A DNA stretch of 64,000 nucleotides from Octopus vulgaris (lineage: Eukaryota), in the NCBI GenBank assembly GCA_951406725.2, contig OX597831.1, positions 31,744,001 to 31,808,000 of the forward strand, written 5' to 3'. Below are positions 52,468 through 64,000 of the stretch, piece by piece. Below the pieces are notes generated by a model. That model did no database searches. It saw nothing but the letters and a program-made list of their open reading frames with translations, and was not told where the DNA came from. Each line of letters opens with the position of its first letter. Within the stretch, counting starts at the first letter, position 1. A program made the position numbers and the translations under genes.

Positions 52468-52770
52468 TAAGGTTGATGTGAAAATAATTGCAGTTTTCCG
52501 CTATCAACATTAAAACAGTATGACTAAAGTTAAGTATTAGTAATCGAAATAGTAACCATTAGAATGTACACATTTTTGCCAAAGATATAAACAAGTCTGT
52601 TTATTCTGGTAGATAAGACTTCTGGAAACTTGGAACCAACAAATTCTTCGAAAGCGTTTTGAACGGCTACTTGATCGTCAAAATGCATTTGCAGGAAGTT
52701 ATCGACGAAAATGTTGTAATCAGTTGGAATGATGATGTCTTGGGAGAAAGTTGAGCGAGATCGAGTTCCG
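52468..52770 (-). pseudogene. Mariner (Hsmar1/cecropia-like) transposase C-terminus plus TIR
   Basis: FSQDIIIPTDYNIFVDNFLQ..FDDQVAVQNAFEEFVGS resembles YSPDLSPTDYHFFKHLDNFLQGK.F.NQQDAENAFQEFVES; TIR-like taaggttgatgtgaaaataattgcagtttt at 52468. Confidence 0.8.
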
Positions 52771-53586
52771 ATAAACTGACGGAATTCACGCACGAAATCC
52801 TCACTTGTCTTCGTGTCAGAACTCGCTGCTTCTCCATACATGATGACACTATGAACACCAGGCCTCTTCTTGAAATGACCAAACCAGCCGCGAATGGCCT
52901 TAAATGCGTCTGCTGATGTCTCCTCTAACGATGCTCCAGGGTTCTGCTTCAGGAGATCCCAATACAGCGCTCGTGCTTTCTAACAGATGATGGTCTCCAT
53001 AATCGTATCCCCTGCGAGTTGCTTCTCGTTGATCCACAGAAGCAGTTTTTCCATCTCTTCGTGGACAGATGGGCGTTGCTTGAAGAGCCTGGAGACACCT
53101 CTTGTTGCTGTAACGGCCTTGATCTCGTCCCTTTTTCTTCAAGATGGTGCAGATCGTCGACGTGCTTCGGTCGTATTGACGTGCTATGTACACAACACGT
53201 ACTCATCTCTCATGTTTCCTTTTTCAATTCTATCGTAATCAGCTTATTCTTCTCAGCACTGTCCTTTACACTAACCTTCTTAGGACCCATTGCTATCACA
53301 ACTAATTATTATAAAGCAATAGCAAAAAATGCACAAAACTAAACAAAAACACTGGGGAAAATGCAACAGGGATGCTGCCACAACGAGATAAACCTGTGAC
53401 TGAGCGAACGGAAGATGCGCTTGTTTGGAGGGTGAATGCGAACTCAGTGCCGAGTAGCGGTCGCTTGTATGAAACTCGCTCCTGCAGCATATTTCCACTC
53501 GTACTACAAGACAAAATTCGCATGAGCCTCGGCTCGTACAGCAAATTATTCGTACAATGGTGCACTCGTACTACGAGGTTCTACTG
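52771..53586 (-). pseudogene. Tigger/pogo transposon 5' half (TIR plus CENP-B-type HTH domains), frameshifted
   Basis: TIR cagtagaacctcgtagtacg after TA at 53587. ATG at 53290: MGPKKVSVKDSAEK...IARQYDRSTSTICTILKKK...INEKQLAGDTI...AFKAIRGWF...GEAASSD. Confidence 0.85.
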
Positions 53587-53836
53587 TACTTTAAAAAAAT
53601 ATTTTTGTGCATTTCTTGCCGCGCGTATTTGTCGACCTTGACTTCCCAACGTAACACAAATGACAAACAACTGTAGATTGGTCTACGTTGGATTCTCTAA
53701 GTTTTTTTCTGTGGGTCGGCGGGTATCACCTGAGATCTGTAGAGGCGTTAATCATATGGTGGGCAGGGAAGGAAACGTTTTCTGACTCTGAATAGAAGGG
53801 CAAGTCTTTGAGATGTGGTCCTAGATTCTTAAGGGA

Positions 53837-53884
<48 letters not shown>

Positions 53885-53947
53885 CGTGTGTGTGTGTGTG
53901 TGTGTGTATGCGTGTGTGTGTGTGGGGGGGTGTATGCGTGTGTGTGT

Positions 53948-53985
<38 letters not shown>

Positions 53986-56257
53986 ACCGATCACTGAGAA
54001 ATAGAGATGGATAAAGTATTAGACTGGAATCAATAATACTCTTGATTAAAACCGTTCGAAGTGCTACTCCAGCATGGCCGCAGCCCTATGACTGAAACCA
54101 ATAAATCTGAATGAAGGGATATGGAAGCCATTATTACAAACTAGCATACTACAATTAGCCGTCAATAATGACGGCTAATTGTAGCATTTTATATATAAAT
54201 AAAGTACAAAATAACCATACATACAAACATTCACATACTTCCCTTGTACACACACACATATACACACACATATACTCACACAGGGTTGAAACGCTGATTT
54301 TTTTTTCACCCCTTCCGTTCTCTCATTGCAATTACTTTCTCTCACTCCCTCTCAGTCAGGGCTATTACTCTCACTACTTCTCCTTCACTGAATTACTATT
54401 TTCTCTCCTCCTCCGCGTCCGAAGTGATTCTGGACAAATATATATATATATATATAAACACTAGGCTCATTATTATATTAGGAGATTTAACACAAAGACA
54501 CGTAGATGTGTGTGTGCGTGTGTATGTAGAAAACGTATATATGTGAGAGTGTGTATATAAAACGTGTGTGTGTGTGTAAAACATTTCACATTACCGTCCC
54601 GTTCCCAGCTTCTCGCCGACAACCCCTTCTCCTGTACCCCATCTTTAGATATCAGTGAAGTGTTTACAATGTCGAAGGCTTGTAAATCTGTGTTTAACCA
54701 CTCCACTTTCTCTTTCTCACACTCACTCACAAACACACACACACACACACACACACACATTCACAGTCTTTACACATAAATGCTCACACTCCCTCTTACA
54801 TTAACTCTCTCTCTTTTCTCTCACATAAATGTTCACTCATTTACTCTCATATATAAACATGTACACACACACACACACACACACAGAATCCCCACCCCAA
54901 CCCCTTAATGCTTTCTCATCTAAAACACTCGGTCTCCCCTACCTCAGCCTTTATTTCTCATTAACGATCGCCCCTCCCCTCCTCGCTCTTTGTCTTTTTC
55001 CCCACTTTTTCATCTACCTCATACTTACCCTCTCTCTTCGAGTCTTTCTCCCACTCCACACCGTCGCCTCTTTCCAGCATTACAAAGACGGGAGAGTAGG
55101 GGGTGAGGGCTGGAATGCCTTTGATTATAAAATCTGTTCAATCAAGGCTGCTCTGGGGCTAAACAACAACATAAAAAAAACAAAAAAAAACAGGGAAGGC
55201 CTCGACATTATCGCTCAGTGTGCTGAAAATAGCAGCTAAATTTTTCTCAAAAAAGCATCCTACAAAAGGAAACGGTGGAATAATGTGGTCCAAGACAAAC
55301 TGACATCACCCACCCCGCCGCAAACTCTGACGGGATGGTTACGACTGGAATGTTTTGATCTTAGATTTGTATGATCAGAAATAAACAACAGGAACGCCAC
55401 CACCATTCCACACGCACACACATACATGCGCGCGCGCACGCACACATTCACGCACACACACACACACACAGAGACTAAGTAGAATTTAACAGATTCGTTG
55501 TTCTAAAAACATGCAGGAAGGCGATAGTGTCCTCTTCATCCTGTTTCACCCTCACTTGACATCTATAATCACCACGACACACCAACACAAACCCCTCACA
55601 CACACGCGCACAACACAAACCTTCAACATACATTCACACACAAACACACACACACACACAAACGCACACACACAAACACATACACACACACGTATGCAGA
55701 CATACAAATATGCATAAACATTTTCAAATACTATAGATTTAAAATTGTAGTGTTTTGTAAATGTGTTTTGCAGACAGCTCTAAGGTCAGGAATATCAGAA
55801 GAGGCCAGGAAATGATTTAGTAGAAAAAGAGAGAGAGAGAGAGAGGGGGGGAGAGGGTTGCACTCCCAGCCTTTGCAAGCCCCCTCTCTTCTGGAGAGGA
55901 AAGACGCGGGGCAGTGCTTAGTAAGGGTCTGGGGATATGGACAACGTGGATGAAGAGAGGAAGAGAAGAAACAAATGAACTGAATGGGTCAGACAGGAGT
56001 TTATATGAGAGCAAACACATCCGAGGAACAGATGCTGTTGTAGAAGCGGTAGAAGCAACCGAGTTAAGGAACCACTGTCTGTCAGCCAAAGATTTCGGAT
56101 ATTGGGGCGACAGAATTAATGCCAATCGGTCGGGTCATGTGTCTTGTTTGTCTATACAGTGATAGCCAGGTTTGTCTATACTGTGATAGCCAGGTTGCGC
56201 ATGCGCTGGATGAAAAGAATTCACTGGGGAGAGACTTTTTGAACACCCTTTGTGTGT

Positions 56258-56307
<50 letters not shown>

Positions 56308-56309
56308 TG

Positions 56310-56492
56310 TGCGTGTATAGCCACTACACATTCTTATTTTCTCTCCTTGTTTCTTTCTGCGTTCCTTTCTGTGGAAGAGCGTAGGCTCGAAACGTTAAAG
56401 ACTTTTTCACTTCCCGAGCGTTATACTAATACATCTGTGTGTTGTCTACACCACGTCTTCGTCTTTTTTTTTTTTTTTTTTGTAAAGTCTCC

Positions 56493-56495
<3 letters not shown>
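56310..56495 (+). mobile_element. PLE pseudo-LTR-like short repeat with hammerhead-like motif
   Basis: cttt-CTGTGGA-aGAGC-gtag-GCTC-GAAAC-GTT-aaag at 56365-56400 (stem I cttt/aaag); between (TG)n and (TA)n. Confidence 0.65.
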
Positions 56496-56553
<58 letters not shown>

Positions 56554-57139
56554 CATACATACATACATACATACATACATACATACATACATACATACAT
56601 ACATACATACAATGTACGCTACGATGTGGTTTGTATGTGGGAACAATTGTCTATTGTGGGCCTCAATAGAGTTTTGTACGGGGTTGGTAACTGCTGTAGG
56701 AAAGCCAAGCATTTTCGGTTTCTGAAGAGGATGGTCAGTGCTTGGTATGTTGGGAATGTGAAATCGCCAGGAGTAATGTTGAAGCTTTAACATTTGTAGC
56801 AACATTGCGAGTTTTGGTTTTGTGTGAATTCATGCTTATTGCAAAATGGAAATCTACAAATTGTTTTCTAGGCATGTATAGTGATTGTGTCTTTGTACTA
56901 TTGAAGGAGACCGGACTGATACAGTTCTACTGAATATCTGTGTTCATGGAGGTGGATGGAGGTGGTGCAAGCTTGATGGTTATAGGAAAATTCACCATAA
57001 GAAATTTCGTTTTAAATAACCTCATCACGTTTTTTTTTTCATGTTTGACGTTGAATAAAGAGTTGCATTTTTAATACTTTAATAAAACCTTTTAGCATTT
57101 TAAAAACTTTATTTTTAAAAATGCTGATGTAATCAGCAG

Positions 57140-57262
57140 TCACATGGTTCCGGGTTCAGTCCCACTGCGTGGCATCTTGGGCAAGTGTCTTCTGCTATAG
57201 CCCCGGGCCGACCAATGCCTTGTGAGTGGATTTGGTAGACGGAAACTGAAAGAAGCCTGTCG

Positions 57263-57295
<33 letters not shown>

Positions 57296-57510
57296 GTGTC
57301 TGTGTTTGTTCCCCTAGCATTGCTTGACAACCGATGCTGGTGTGTTTACGTCCCCGTCACTTAGCGGTTCGGCAAAAAGAGACCGATAGAATAAGTACTG
57401 GGCTTACAAAGAATAAGTCCCGGGGTCGATTTGCTCGACTAAAGGTAGTGCTCCAGCATGGCCGCAGTCAAATGACTGAAACAAGTAAAAGAGTTAAAAA
57501 GAGAGTTAAA
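57140..57510 (+). mobile_element. SINE family B, slightly 5'-truncated
   Basis: Matches 51629-52018 from cacatggttccggg to gactgaaacaagtaaaagag. Confidence 0.9.
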
Positions 57511-57984
57511 AATACGCTTTGTCATTGTCTTACATCGATTTTTCCGGACACAAGGTTTGATGTCTACTATAGCCCGGCATCATATTATAGGCTACGAATA
57601 AACTATAGGCTTACAATACACCAGAGCTATAGTTGAGAAATTTACTATAATACATCACTATATTGATGGCCTATAATTAGGATTTACTATACGCCAGCAA
57701 TATATTATGGCTATAGGTTAAGTATTTACTATAGACAAACAATATACTGTGATCTACTGGAGATTTGGTCGCTATTTCTAGAAGGTTGACAATCACTTAG
57801 AAGTCCCACTCGTCTATTTGAGAAATAAGGTTAACCTTGGTTATCTTTCAGTGCTGTGGTGTCTCTCCCCAGACGAAGTTTTCTAAACAGCAAAGGAGGA
57901 AATATTAGTTACATACGTATTTGGAATTGAGACACCCGCTAGATGTCCTGAAGGTTAAATAACAATTCAAATAATGACCGTTCG

Positions 57985-58845
57985 CGCCGGCGAAATTTTA
58001 TTCTCACGTGAGTTCCGGACCCCAGATATGAACTCATTTGCATACAGCCAACTATCAAACTAATTTTTGAGCGCATAAGTGATGGGCGATAAGATAAGGT
58101 CACTTGGGTAAGGAATGACAATGCTTCTTTTCTCTTTTAACAATTCTTGTAGTTCTTGTTCGTGTTTCAACCATGACTGCCAGTAAAATAGTAAGGAGAG
58201 AGGGTTGCTAGCACATCACCCTCTACCCACACTTTTCCCATCCATATCTTTACCATATGGGACCCTAACAAAATCCGATAATAGGTATAGATGCAAATCT
58301 ATCTAATTACTTGTCTGCTTCTAAAATCAGGCATAACTTGGCGATCGGTCGACTTACAACACCGATCTTCGTCTTGACTTTACTTGCTAGAGTGTGTTTT
58401 ACCAAGAGATTGGTTGTTTTTAACACATTTACGAATGTTATGTTGGGCTTTGCGCCTAAGCATAATCTGAGAGCTGAACGGCACCTTTCCTTTCACACTT
58501 TTCAAACAATCCTTCAACGATCTGCCAGCATCAATGCAGTTTCTGCCACCACCAACCATCTTTCTCCTGGATACTGCTGTTGGTTGCACACCAATTGTCT
58601 TCATACGGACTAGAGATTTTCGGTAATTCAAACTTACAGCTAACCAGCGTATGTGTTCAGTATCGATAATATTGGCATCTGAATGAGAGCACAAAACAAG
58701 ATTCGCATGGCAATCGGAGGTCGCCATTTTGAATGCCAACCTTTGTTAACTTGACACGGTCAAGGTGAGCTCAGATTGACTTTATGCGAATGAGTTCATT
58801 ACTGGAGTCCGGAACTCTCGTGGGAAAAAAATTTTCGCTTCCCGC
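57985..58845. mobile_element. Possible old TIR element (~55-bp inverted repeats around ~740 bp)
   Basis: Reverse complement of 57985-58042 (atgcaaatgagttcatatctgggtccggaactcacgtg...) matches 58784-58840 (atgcgaatgagttcattactggagtccggaactctcgtg...). Confidence 0.5.
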
Positions 58846-60192
58846 CGATTTCAGATCATGAAACAATTGTAGCAGTAACTGGAATGCTTTACATGCGGCG
58901 AACGTGCAGGGATGTTACACAAGGCCTGAAATTTTGGTCAGTCGATTACATCGACGCCAGGACTTGACTGCTACTTTGTTTTATCAACACCGAAAGTTGA
59001 GTTCAACGATTTTTAAAGATCAGAACGTGAAAAGCCGGTAGAAATGTCGCTAAGTATTTTGTCCGGCGTGCTAACGATTTTGCCAGCTTGCCACTTTAGG
59101 TTAGATAAAATAACTGCCACCGAAAGATGAATAACGGTATGGTTTTGGAGCTATTGGTAGATATATAACACCCCAACCAGGAGAGACGGACCATTGAAGG
59201 AGCATTTAGACGATCACTAGAAATAACAGACAAACCTTCCTCAAGTAAGGTTTAGAAGGAGAAAGGACACATTGGATAACGTAGTCATAGACAAGCTGAC
59301 CGGATAAAAGATGAAATAGGTGTAACTAGAACATGTTTGATCATAGATCTGCTCAATAAAGTCTGAACTGAAAGAGAGAGAAGTGTTCAGATACAGATAA
59401 TAAACGAAAGGTGGAAGGGAAACCGCGTCACCCCGCCACCATCTTAAAACATAAACCATTGTATGAAATATTCTGTTCATTAACGGCTGGAAAAACTAAG
59501 ATGTTATTCTACTTCTTGTGTTTCCTCCTTCTACAAACTAATAAATTGTTGGAGAAACAATATAAGAAGGATTGTCCAGGCGGAAAGAAATACCAAAAGT
59601 GTTATAGATGTGGAATGTATCCACACCTTATGGACTAGAAAAATAAATCATTATTATTTTTGTTATTATTCATTATCATTAGTGCGACATTCCAGGAGAA
59701 TTATTGACCCAAGCACAACATCTCCGATATTGTTATCCGGAACAAAGAAACATAGATCGTATATTGTTACAAGAGAAGTCAAAGACTCGGTAAATCTATG
59801 AATGCCATTTCTTAAAGTTTTGGACAAGGAGGACAACAGAAAACTGATACAGAACCCAGAGTTGTGGCTCCTCATAACCAGAGCCTACAAAGGTGGGGAA
59901 TAGGGGAAGGGGTTCGGCTGATTCCTCGGTCTGGAAGAACCCCTGAACAGCCAAAGAGGAGGAGGAGCCTGTGGCTTTCTGTTGGGACCTTCGCCTTTTT
60001 GAATTTTGAAAGAAGTCCCACCTGCCCCACACCATCTGGAGTCCCCAAAGCAATTTTGTTCCACATTGTCATTTTTTTTCTCAAAAGTGCTTCTCATAAT
60101 ACATTCTCGTTCAGCCCGAATCATTAACCAAACTATATAAACAGTGGAAGTTTATCACCCAATATGGAGGATAAAAAAAAGAAAATAAAAAC

Positions 60193-60473
60193 TGGCCCTC
60201 CGTCGGTTACTACGATGAGTGTTTCAGTTGATCCGATCAACGGAACAGCCTACTTGTGAAATTAATATGCAAATGGCTGAGCACTCCACAAACACGCGTA
60301 CTCTTTACATAGTTCTCAGGGAGATTCAGCGTCACACAGAATGTGACAAGGTTGGCCTTTTGAATTACAGGTACTAGCTGAGTGGATTGGAGCAACTTGA
60401 AATAAAGTATCTTGCTCAAAGACACAACAATTGTGAACAGAATACCTAAACCACTGAGCCACGCGCCTTCACC
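60193..60473 (-). mobile_element. SINE family C (head as 21983-22320, tail as 3411-3570)
   Basis: Head ggtgaaggcgcgtggctcagtgg; tail ...gtaaccgacggagggcca; candidate TSD agaaaataaa. Confidence 0.8.
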
Positions 60474-61201
60474 AGGTAGAAAATAAATTTGTGGAGAATT
60501 TCATTTTCCCGCCAAGTAAAGAAGACAACTCTTGGCATGTTTCCATCTTATAAGACCTCCTCCACGAAACGGTGATTTTCCGAAGTTAGCGAACTAGTGG
60601 TGAAATAATCACTAAATAAATATACGACACTGTACACTGGTAAGAATCGTTATTTTAAAGAAATTATTTCTTGTAAATTCTTTAAATCTCACTGCCATCC
60701 AGCTTTTCAGGAATGTCAAACGTCGGACTGGATGCCTTGCGTCGATTTGTTCCGGCACATTGCGTTCTGAGTTGAATCCCATCGTGGCCTACATGGATGA
60801 CAGACTTAATACAACATCCACTTTAACAGCACAAACTGGCCCGAATGCCGGATCACTGGGACCAGGCGAAGGGACTGGCGAGTGGATACCCATTTCTTTC
60901 CTTCCCACCAGTTTTAAGAGCCTTCTAAAGGGTTATGAGTACTGCTTTTCTTCCTGACTAAAAGCACTTTTCTTAAGATTAGCAATAACTTAACTGTTAC
61001 GTTTTTATGCAGATGGTGTCTCTATATCATTCGCTAAAAGAACGTTCGCCATTTCTAGTCTGATGTGAACAGAATCCACTTGCCCAAGTTGCCATGCTGT
61101 GAGACTGAACCCGGAACCATGTGGTTAAGATGCAAACTTCTTACCACACTGCCACGTCACACACACACACACACACACACACAACACACACACACAGACA
61201 C

Positions 61202-61246
<45 letters not shown>

Positions 61247-61370
61247 ACACACACAAAACACACACACAATTACCATCGTGATCGTCAAAATAATTAACAA
61301 TTCCATCACGAAACCGTTATCATTTTCCTTTGTTGCTATAGAATTGAATGAACATCTATTTATTCATTTA

Positions 61371-61745
61371 CTAGCAGTATCGCCCGGCGTTGCTCAGGTT
61401 TGTAAGGGAAATAACTATAAAGCATTTTTAGAGAGTTATAGCCAAAAAATAGCAAAAAATGGAAAAAAATGATGGTAATTTTTTTTTTTAGTTAAAAAAG
61501 GTGGAGTGGCGTCCCCTAGACAGTTTGTGTTTCTGATTCTGGACCCCATGTCGAATTTATCGATTTTTTTCAGAACTGGGGGAACTTTTCAAAATTTTCG
61601 CTGCGTTAGTTTTGAATTATGACATTGGGCTATGTGTGTGTCAAGTTTCATCAGAATCGGTTGAAAGCCGTGGTCAGGGTGAAGGTACAAGCAAACAGAC
61701 ACACAGAAACACGCACAGACAAACTGCCGTTTATATATAGAGAGA
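61371..61745 (-). mobile_element. Non-autonomous Helitron (second copy)
   Basis: Reverse complement of 44317-44699 with few differences; A/T insertion site. Confidence 0.85.
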
Positions 61746-62984
61746 TTTATTAACATCCTGTCAACCAATTAATTCGCTTTTATCCTTGCAGATTAATTAG
61801 AGATACTTATATTAATGCCCAACTGACCGCCCGCCGCCAACGACCAAGTTTTCTAACGGCGAAGACTTAACTCGATCCGCGACAGTAAATGATCAAATGA
61901 AAACCAAACTCTTATCCTCCACTGCTGCACCCCGCTCCTGGTATTTAAACATTTAAACCAGATAATCCCTTTCTATCTCTCATTAAAAGAGGTATATTTA
62001 TTTTAGGGCTCAGATCAATATTATCTACTGCTGGTAAACAGCTCAACTTAAATATCTTGTGGGTATAAAATATATACACATAGATATGTGTATGTATGTA
62101 TGTATGTATGTATGAATCTATGAGTGTTTGTAAGGTTGTGTTTGAATGCATGACACACACGTGTGTATGTGTGTGATATTTTCCCAATGTGCCCTATTCC
62201 ATTTCTTAGAATATATACATATCATTTCTTAGATATATACATATCAAGAGTTATATTTAGAAAGATGCACATGAAACTTCTTCAGTTACCCTTTGTTCTT
62301 CGAAATAGGATGTCGTGAGGAGAGTCTATGTCCGAAACGTCAAAGCAATTACCTCTTTCCATTTCTCTGAACGGTAAACTAATATTTTGATTGTGAACTT
62401 ATCCGTATCTTCTTTTTTTCTTTTTGTATTTTCTTTTAGTTTACACCGCACGCGCGAATGTGTTGGACCCAATCCGTAATCCGGTTTAAATCCTCACCTC
62501 CACCCACCATTGTGGTCCTTAGGAGCCTTTCGCGAAGCGTCCATTTTGTTGCAAGCTCTCGGGTCACGTTTATGGACTTGTCTGAGAATGACATCTTGCA
62601 GCAGTCTCGAAAACCTGAGAGAGTCTTCAGTTCTGCCCTTCGTTCTCTTAATGAAAACAGAAGAAAACCATTATTCTGAGTAATATTCGTTTCAAATACA
62701 AGGAGAAGACCAGGAATTTTAAAGGCGGCATTAGTTGATTAAATCAACCCCAGTATTTAACTGGTACTTTATTTTATCAACCCCAGAGGGATGACCTCCG
62801 CAACAATCGAATTCAGGGCGTAAAGAGATGGAAGAAATGCGATTCTGCTAACGCACCGCACCCTGTTCTCATTGACAATGGTTTTTGATTTAGACACAAG
62901 ACCAGCAGATTTTTGAGATGGTTAGCCAATACCATCGACCCTAGTACTTAGACTAGGGATTTATGTTACCTCTGTTCCCAGTAA

Positions 62985-63160
62985 TAATCCTTTCTACTAA
63001 AGGCACAGGGCCTGAAATTTTGGGGGAGGGGAATAGTCGATTACATCGACCCCAGTGATTCACTGGTATTTGATTTATCGACCTTGAAAGGATCAAATGA
63101 AAAGTTGACCTCGGCGAAATTTGATCTCAAAACGTAGCGGCAGGTGAAATACCACTAAGC
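62985..63160 (-). mobile_element. SINE family A variant, 5'-truncated
   Basis: gtcgattacatcgaccccagtg...aaagttgacctcggcgaaatttga. Confidence 0.7.
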
Positions 63161-63269
63161 TAAGTGAAGGCAGCATGTTCTGTGTCTATCTCGTTAACTT
63201 CTTGGAGATTTTAGGTAAAATTATACTAATGTGTCCATCTATTTTAATTTAATTAAATTCTATGTCTTT

Positions 63270-63357
63270 ATGCAGCTGAAGATTGCTCTGCATTTAAATT
63301 GATGTAATGATTGCATTGCTCAATTAAATGGAGTTGCTTGCAACGATCGTGCTGCAT
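63270..63357 (+). ncRNA. Type I hammerhead-like fold with long stem II (degenerate)
   Basis: Stem I atgcag/ctgcat, core CTGAAGA, long stem II (catttaaattga..aatg-attg-catt..tcaattaaatg), GCAA in place of GAAA, palindromic stem III ac-gatc-gt. Confidence 0.55.
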
Positions 63358-63477
63358 TACCTCTGGATATCCTTGTTGCTTATTTTGATTTTAATCACCT
63401 TATTTTGAAATTGTATGGATAATACCGTACTAAATTCTGGTGCCTCAACTTAAGTACCATATTCATCTGAATCTAAA

Positions 63478-63543
<66 letters not shown>

Positions 63544-63637
63544 CATACATACATACATATGTTTGCACATATATATGTACATATATATATATATACATAT
63601 ATATGTATATAATATATACATATACATCTATATGTAC

Positions 63638-63684
<47 letters not shown>

Positions 63685-63691
<7 letters not shown>

Positions 63692-64000
63692 ATTCTACGA
63701 AATTTTTTGCCACCCTATATTGATTAATTATGAATTTTCTGGTTAATTCCGTAATGGAATCGGCGGCTTATATTTGCTGCCGATAAATTTGGCGCGAGTG
63801 TGATGATTTGAAAATTTTAGGTCAGATATTGCCGAGACAGAGATAGAAGTGCCTCGTGCAAATATCTGCTCCGATCTGGCTGTTCTTACTGACGAATCTA
63901 TCGGTCTATGGAAGACTAGCTTGATTTAATTTAATCAGGTTAGTTTACCATTAAACAATAGATGAAACGGTGCATCGTATAAGGAACTACAGGGTAAATG
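63685..64000. mobile_element. Un-inverted relative of the 40583-41204 element, abutting (TA)n; runs off the window end
   Basis: 63846-64000 aligns with the spacer and right arm of the palindrome; 63685-63730 is the reverse complement of 40583-40628. Confidence 0.85.

Noticed and set aside
56610-57000. Possible PLE N-terminal coding remnant on the minus strand (CYKC*SFNITPGDFTF)
   Set aside because: Resemblance too weak to call without a search.
59796-60127. Overlapping 70-87 aa ORFs as a host exon
   Set aside because: No recognisable domain or convincing splice-site pair; ORFs occur in several frames on both strands.

Overview
Eukaryotic, AT-rich, repeat-saturated non-coding DNA with no recognisable intact host gene. 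The tRNA-derived SINE families and dense (TA)n/(CA)n/(TACA)n microsatellites look like an octopus (coleoid cephalopod) genome; this is inference from memory of those families. Nearly all ORF-track entries are microsatellite or repeat artefacts. Coding relics I can recognise: a Penelope-like RT (1-290), a Chapaev3-type (CMC) DDE transposase, a CR1-type LINE 3' end, an RTE 3' end, and a Tigger/pogo N-terminus joined to a mariner C-terminus. The most striking structure is an ~11 kb three-component satellite (9966-20962) that replaces the middle of the Chapaev3 transposase. It combines palindromic A/T-tract repeats, three copies of a 4x32-bp cassette and ~300 units of a 21-23-bp variant repeat with a 1188-bp higher-order duplication. 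Other highlights are a tRNA-headed SINE-like element carrying a hammerhead-ribozyme motif, at least six hammerhead-like motifs in several repeat families, a 253-bp near-perfect palindrome whose un-inverted parent is in the same window, and trimeric SINEs flanked by single target-site duplications. All family calls come from motif recognition by eye, not database searches.
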